Below are positions 61,081 through 64,000 of a stretch of DNA of 64,000 bases, in pieces. The position numbers and the translations under genes are program-made. Within the stretch, counting starts at the first letter, position 1. Every line of letters starts with the position of its first letter. Source of the stretch: a bacterium (GTDB lineage: Bacteria; RBG-13-61-14; DATKZS01); contig CAXXFL010000006.1 of the NCBI GenBank assembly GCA_963674965.2, positions 704,001 to 768,000 of the forward strand, given 5' to 3'. The notes below the pieces were generated by a model. That model saw only the letters and a list, made by a program, of their open reading frames with translations. It had not been told where the DNA came from and made no database searches.

Positions 61081-64000
61081 TTGGAAACGGAGTAGGACAG
61101 GGTAACGGTATCTCCAGCGTCAAAGGCCAAGGTTTCGGAAGGCGTCTCAATTAGTTCTATATTAGGTTCGGAAAGTATAAAGGATAAAGCGATTTTCCGA
61201 TATTCCTCCAGGCTCGGTTTTAACAGGGCAATCTCCAATTCATATTCACCCGGTTCCGCGTCGTTAATTGGTATCTCGAAAGTTACAATAAGGCCGTCAA
61301 GCGGGATCGAGACGTCCCTAGCCTCAGACCAAAAGGCAGTCCTTAATTCCAATGTTCCGGCAAATGAGGCCAGTCCAAGATTAGTGAGGTTTATTATCAC
61401 GGGCTTGACGCCCAAATCGGACTCGCCGACTTCTCCGGTCATTATAACGTCCTCTTGAGCTTCTACCTCGAAATCCGCTATTAATACGGAAGACGCGTCC
61501 GGCCACATGGCTGCGGCCTCAACCCGGTAAAGCCCGGGGAGTAAATAATCGATAATCGATAGGGACGTGGTTTCGCCTGGTTCAAGTTCCGGGGACACGG
61601 AAAAACCGCTTATCATTACCGGGTCGCTTTGGTCTTCCATGGAATACAGGGCATAGCCGGTTGGAAATTCTCCGACGAACGCTCCGGCGTTCGTGATCGT
61701 TGAAGGAATATCAACCCAGCCCGCGAGATAGGAATAATCGGCGTTGAGAGTGAGAATACCCGCCTGAGGAACGACCGAAAAGGAGATAGTTTTCTCAATA
61801 TCGCGAGTTGAGTACTCGAGCGTGTATTCGCCCGGAGCGAGGTCGTACGATAAAACTCCCGTCCAGCTATCTTGCGGCGCCAGGGCGTAGTCGATAGCGG
61901 TTGATTCGATTTGTACTCCTTCAATGGTCGAAAGCGCGTATTCCGCGACGTCTTCAACGTAAAAAGAGCCTTCATTGTCGATAAAGTAAATCAGGTTTAC
62001 GGCGCCGACGGGATAGAGTTGGTCGGCGTCAACGAACAGGTCAACTTCCGCGTCATATTTAACCACGACGGACTCGGTGTTTTCATAATCGCCGGTAAAA
62101 ATTACCTCTATTAAGGTATCCCTGGAAATTCCGACTTGCGTGACGCTAATAAGATTCTCTCCCGCGTCAAGGGAAATTGTCGCTTCGTTTATAAGCGCGC
62201 CATCCGAGGACGAAGCGGAGAACTTTACGTCATCGACGTCGGCGAACAATCCAACGCCTTCTCCGGCGTCATCCACGATAAAGACTAACAAGACCGTGGA
62301 ACCCGCCAGCGAGGAGACGTTATAGGAACAGTTCATCTCCTCGGTCCTGAATAAGCCCTCGTCGGGATAGTATTCGACCTCGGCCGTCTGCTCGTCCAGA
62401 TAACACGCCATAAAAGTGTCCATCCCGGTGTCAATAATCACGATGAAAGAGGCGAGAGGTTGCTGAGTCGTATAAAGAGCTTGCCATGCCCCGTAGATGT
62501 ACGTGAGGTTTAAGTCCTCCATTCCCTCCGGGATGAATATTTCTTTATACATCCACGTTTGATAGGAGTCGGCGTAAAGCTCGGCGGAATAATTCCCCGA
62601 CGAGGCCCAGTATTCGTTGAGAGCCACGTTCCGCGTATCGCTTACGTTCCAACCTGGAGGTGACTCTCCAGGGTCCCACTCGACTTCGAAATCTTCGATC
62701 ATTTCCTTATAAATCTGGTAAGCCCAGAGTTCTAAATCGAGGTCGGCCCCTACTTGAGCGTAGTTGGTTAATTCTATTGAAACGTCGAAAGGATCGTCTC
62801 CAACTTGTGAAGGAGCGGTCAAGGAGCTAACCACCGTCGGCGACTCCGCGAGGAAAATATTGTCCATCGAGTCAAGCGGAGCGCCTGATTGAGAAACGGT
62901 CGCCTCAAGCAAGTAATAACCTTGCTCGATCGCCTGATAAGAGCCCAGCGCGTATGACGCTTCTCCATATGGAGCTAAAGAAATCGAGTCGATCTCTCCT
63001 TGAGCTACAATTGTTTCCTCGGGATCGATGATTTTCCATTCATACGCAAGGCCTTCCATCGTTAAGCCGTCGAGATTGGTAATGCCACCCTCGACGGTGA
63101 ACGAGTCGCCGACCTTATACAACAAGTCGTTCGTTGAGATGTCCACCGCCACCGAAGCGTTTACGATCGTGAATGGATAAAGCTTCCGGTCCAACGTCTG
63201 GCCAAAGTCGTTCGACAACGTCGCGCGCCAGAAAAACTTGCCCGTCAAGCCCTCCGGATCGAGGTCCTCAGGAGGAATGGACCTGGCCAAGGAGAGGGGC
63301 GGATCGGAGTCATCCAGGAAGACGCGCGTCGTTTCACTCCAGAGGACCATGGTCATCGATTGTTCGTTCGAGCCGGGACCGGCGTTTTCGCTCGAGTACA
63401 ACGTTATATCGTCAATGAACCAGCCTGGATAGTCATTGCCGTATTCGTCGATGGTATCGAAGTAAAACCTTATATAGACTTGCTCGCCGGAGTAAGCCGA
63501 AAGATCAATGCTTGCTTCACGCCATCCACCGCTGCTTCCTGAAGGGGCGCTTCCTATGCCGCCACGCAAAGGCGTCCAGCTACTTCCTCCATCGCTCGAG
63601 AGGTCCACCATGCAGAAATCATGGCCTTCTTCCGTTTCGAAGTACTCCCAAAAGCCCAGCGCCGGATACTGTTCCGAGCTTAGGTCGATAATTGGAGTTA
63701 TCGCGGCTGAACTTATCCAACCTAAATCGTAATCCCCGGTTGCCTCATTTCCGAGCCAAAGACTGAATTCCGAATCGTGGGCGTTTAAATCGGTAACCGT
63801 CCAGTAGTCGTTCCCTTCATTGTAGGTTTGCGTGGACCAGCCTGACGTGACGTCCTCAAAGTCGGCGATCAAGGAGCCGGCGTTCCCAAGGTCCGCGCCA
63901 AGCACGAAAAGCCCGCCGGCGACGGGGTCACCATAATTGCAGTCGCCATAACAGACGTTTCCGGCAATTACAAGATCGGCCAGTCCGTCCACGTTGAGGT
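61078..64000 (-). pseudogene. large acidic surface protein (FG-GAP-like repeat, InhA/MAM-like domain, CARDB/Ig-like domains); starts outside window, apparently 3'-truncated
   Basis: DGLADLVIAG; TPIIDLS..SSDGGSSW..IDLSAYSG..IRF..GWFIDDI. Composition changes abruptly after YSVSN. Confidence 0.7.

Noticed and set aside
1-64000. tRNA or rRNA genes, and T6SS or CDI delivery genes
   Set aside because: None recognised by eye. The boxA-like motifs are not attached to rRNA sequence. A tRNAscan or Infernal run would be needed to exclude small RNAs.

Overview
The left third (1-23.4 kb) looks like ordinary GC-rich bacterial chromosome: hydrolases, ssb, a glycan-modification cluster, a two-component system and an ECF sigma/anti-sigma/metacaspase module. 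From about 23.4 to 29.4 kb lies a zone of truncated mobile and defence genes (ISL3, type III restriction subunit, DUF4276, an intact IS3, a large serine recombinase). The main feature (29.4-59.8 kb, minus strand) is an unusual polymorphic toxin locus that looks like a split Rhs system. A secreted 1505-aa YD-repeat shell protein stops just before the Rhs core. The missing core, self-cleavage motif and toxin tip sit at the end of a separate 3255-aa lipoprotein rich in DxDxDG (TSP3-like) repeats, with a HEAT-repeat lipoprotein gene between the two. Downstream are six apparently silent orphan cassettes: five carry a different predicted nuclease toxin and a probable immunity gene, and one is truncated. 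Every cassette is preceded by a boxA-like motif, G(T/C/A)TCTTTGAAAA. An IS1111-type IS110 element sits in a structured attC/REP-like repeat within the array, and its 3' non-coding region contains readable bridge-RNA guides matching its own target and donor junction. A second, orphan bridge-RNA fragment has an altered guide. The right end holds remnants of an integrative element fused to a truncated large surface-protein gene. All family assignments are from motif recognition, not database searches.
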